64,000 bases of DNA from Albugo candida (Eukaryota): positions 1 to 64,000 of the forward strand of contig JBDOQK010000008.1 in the NCBI GenBank assembly GCA_040437565.1, written 5' to 3'. Each line of letters starts with the position of its first letter. The first letter of the stretch is position 1. The notes below the pieces were generated by a model, which was given only the letters and a program-made list of their open reading frames with translations, had not been told where the DNA came from and did not search any database. Made by a program: the position numbers and the translations under genes. Shown one piece after another: positions 63,327-64,000 of this stretch.

Positions 63327-64000
63327 TTACCATGTTGTGAGGCACCACTTGAGTTCTTTTCTGAAGGCTGAGAAACTACTGGGTTCTGCTCTGCTTTCTC
63401 CTTTTCCTGTATCAATCAATATGCACAATCAAGCTCAGTACACGTTGAAGAAATGATGGACCAACCGCAATATCGTCCATGATGATCATACACTCCAAAA
63501 TGGCACGAGCGTGTAGTAAGGAATTGTCCCACAGATTGAACAGATGCAATAGAAACGGATATCGCAGACCATTCTCCACCAGCCTGTATACAAATTAGTC
63601 CGAGACAAATTCAGTCTAAAGCATCTAGCACCTACCAAGTAGCATTTTCTTTGGCAAACAAGCGACAAGCTGAAGCGACCATAAAATCCGCCAAAATACT
63701 ACATATCAGATTCTCATCAAGTTGCGAGCTATACTCAGTCCGATCATCTGGACGATACCGATATTTCTTCAAATGGCGATTCCATCGTTTCATGAATTCT
63801 TTTTCTTCCAAAGAGACATCCTCAAATTCATCTAGCAACTACAAGAACGACATGTAAGAACCAGACTTCAAAGCATGATGCGCCTCACCTTCTCGCTCTG
63901 CGTAATGATCCAAGACTCATCAATGTCTTCATCGCTATCGTAGTCTTTCTCATGATCCAGTACAACTGCACCAGTACGAGAATGAAAGTATTGTCGCTTT
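63327..64000 (-). CDS. SUZ12: SUZ12/EMF2-like PRC2 subunit, VEFS-box C-terminus (5' part outside window)
   Basis: Spliced: KRQYFHSRTG...DYDSDEDIDESW|LLDEFEDVSLEEKEFMKRWN|ILAD...ACRLF|FLLHLFNLWDNSLL. Stop position tentative. Confidence 0.85.

Noticed and set aside
1..64000. CRISPR array, rRNA or prokaryotic operon
   Set aside because: No repeat-spacer array or rRNA signature seen; the sequence is intron-containing eukaryotic DNA.

Overview
Eukaryotic (oomycete-type, compatible with Albugo by gene content, ~50-60 bp introns and compactness; species not determinable here) chromosome end. The window opens in telomeric CCCTAAA/CCCTAAAA repeats, followed by a ~29 kb subtelomeric zone. That zone holds decayed genes (including a CHAT-protease + STAND/NB-ARC NTPase pseudogene), a secreted pepsin-fold pseudo-protease plus a broken paralog, a degenerate chromodomain Ty3/gypsy element, and two 5'-intact copies of an L1/Tx1-like LINE. 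Both LINE copies abut the same tRNA-like (Pol III A-/B-box) sequence, which appears to be the start of the gypsy LTR. From ~29.8 kb onward the window is a tightly packed block of mostly conserved genes: NOC3, LRRCC1-like, Cys/His-repeat (WRKY19-like) factor, CFAP58, GRP94, THOC3, FAM32A, UBA1, TUG/PUB/UBX protein, La-family protein, PX protein and a SUZ12-like VEFS-box gene. Several 100-N gaps have duplicated flanks that are assembly overlaps. All identifications are by manual motif recognition; no searches were run.
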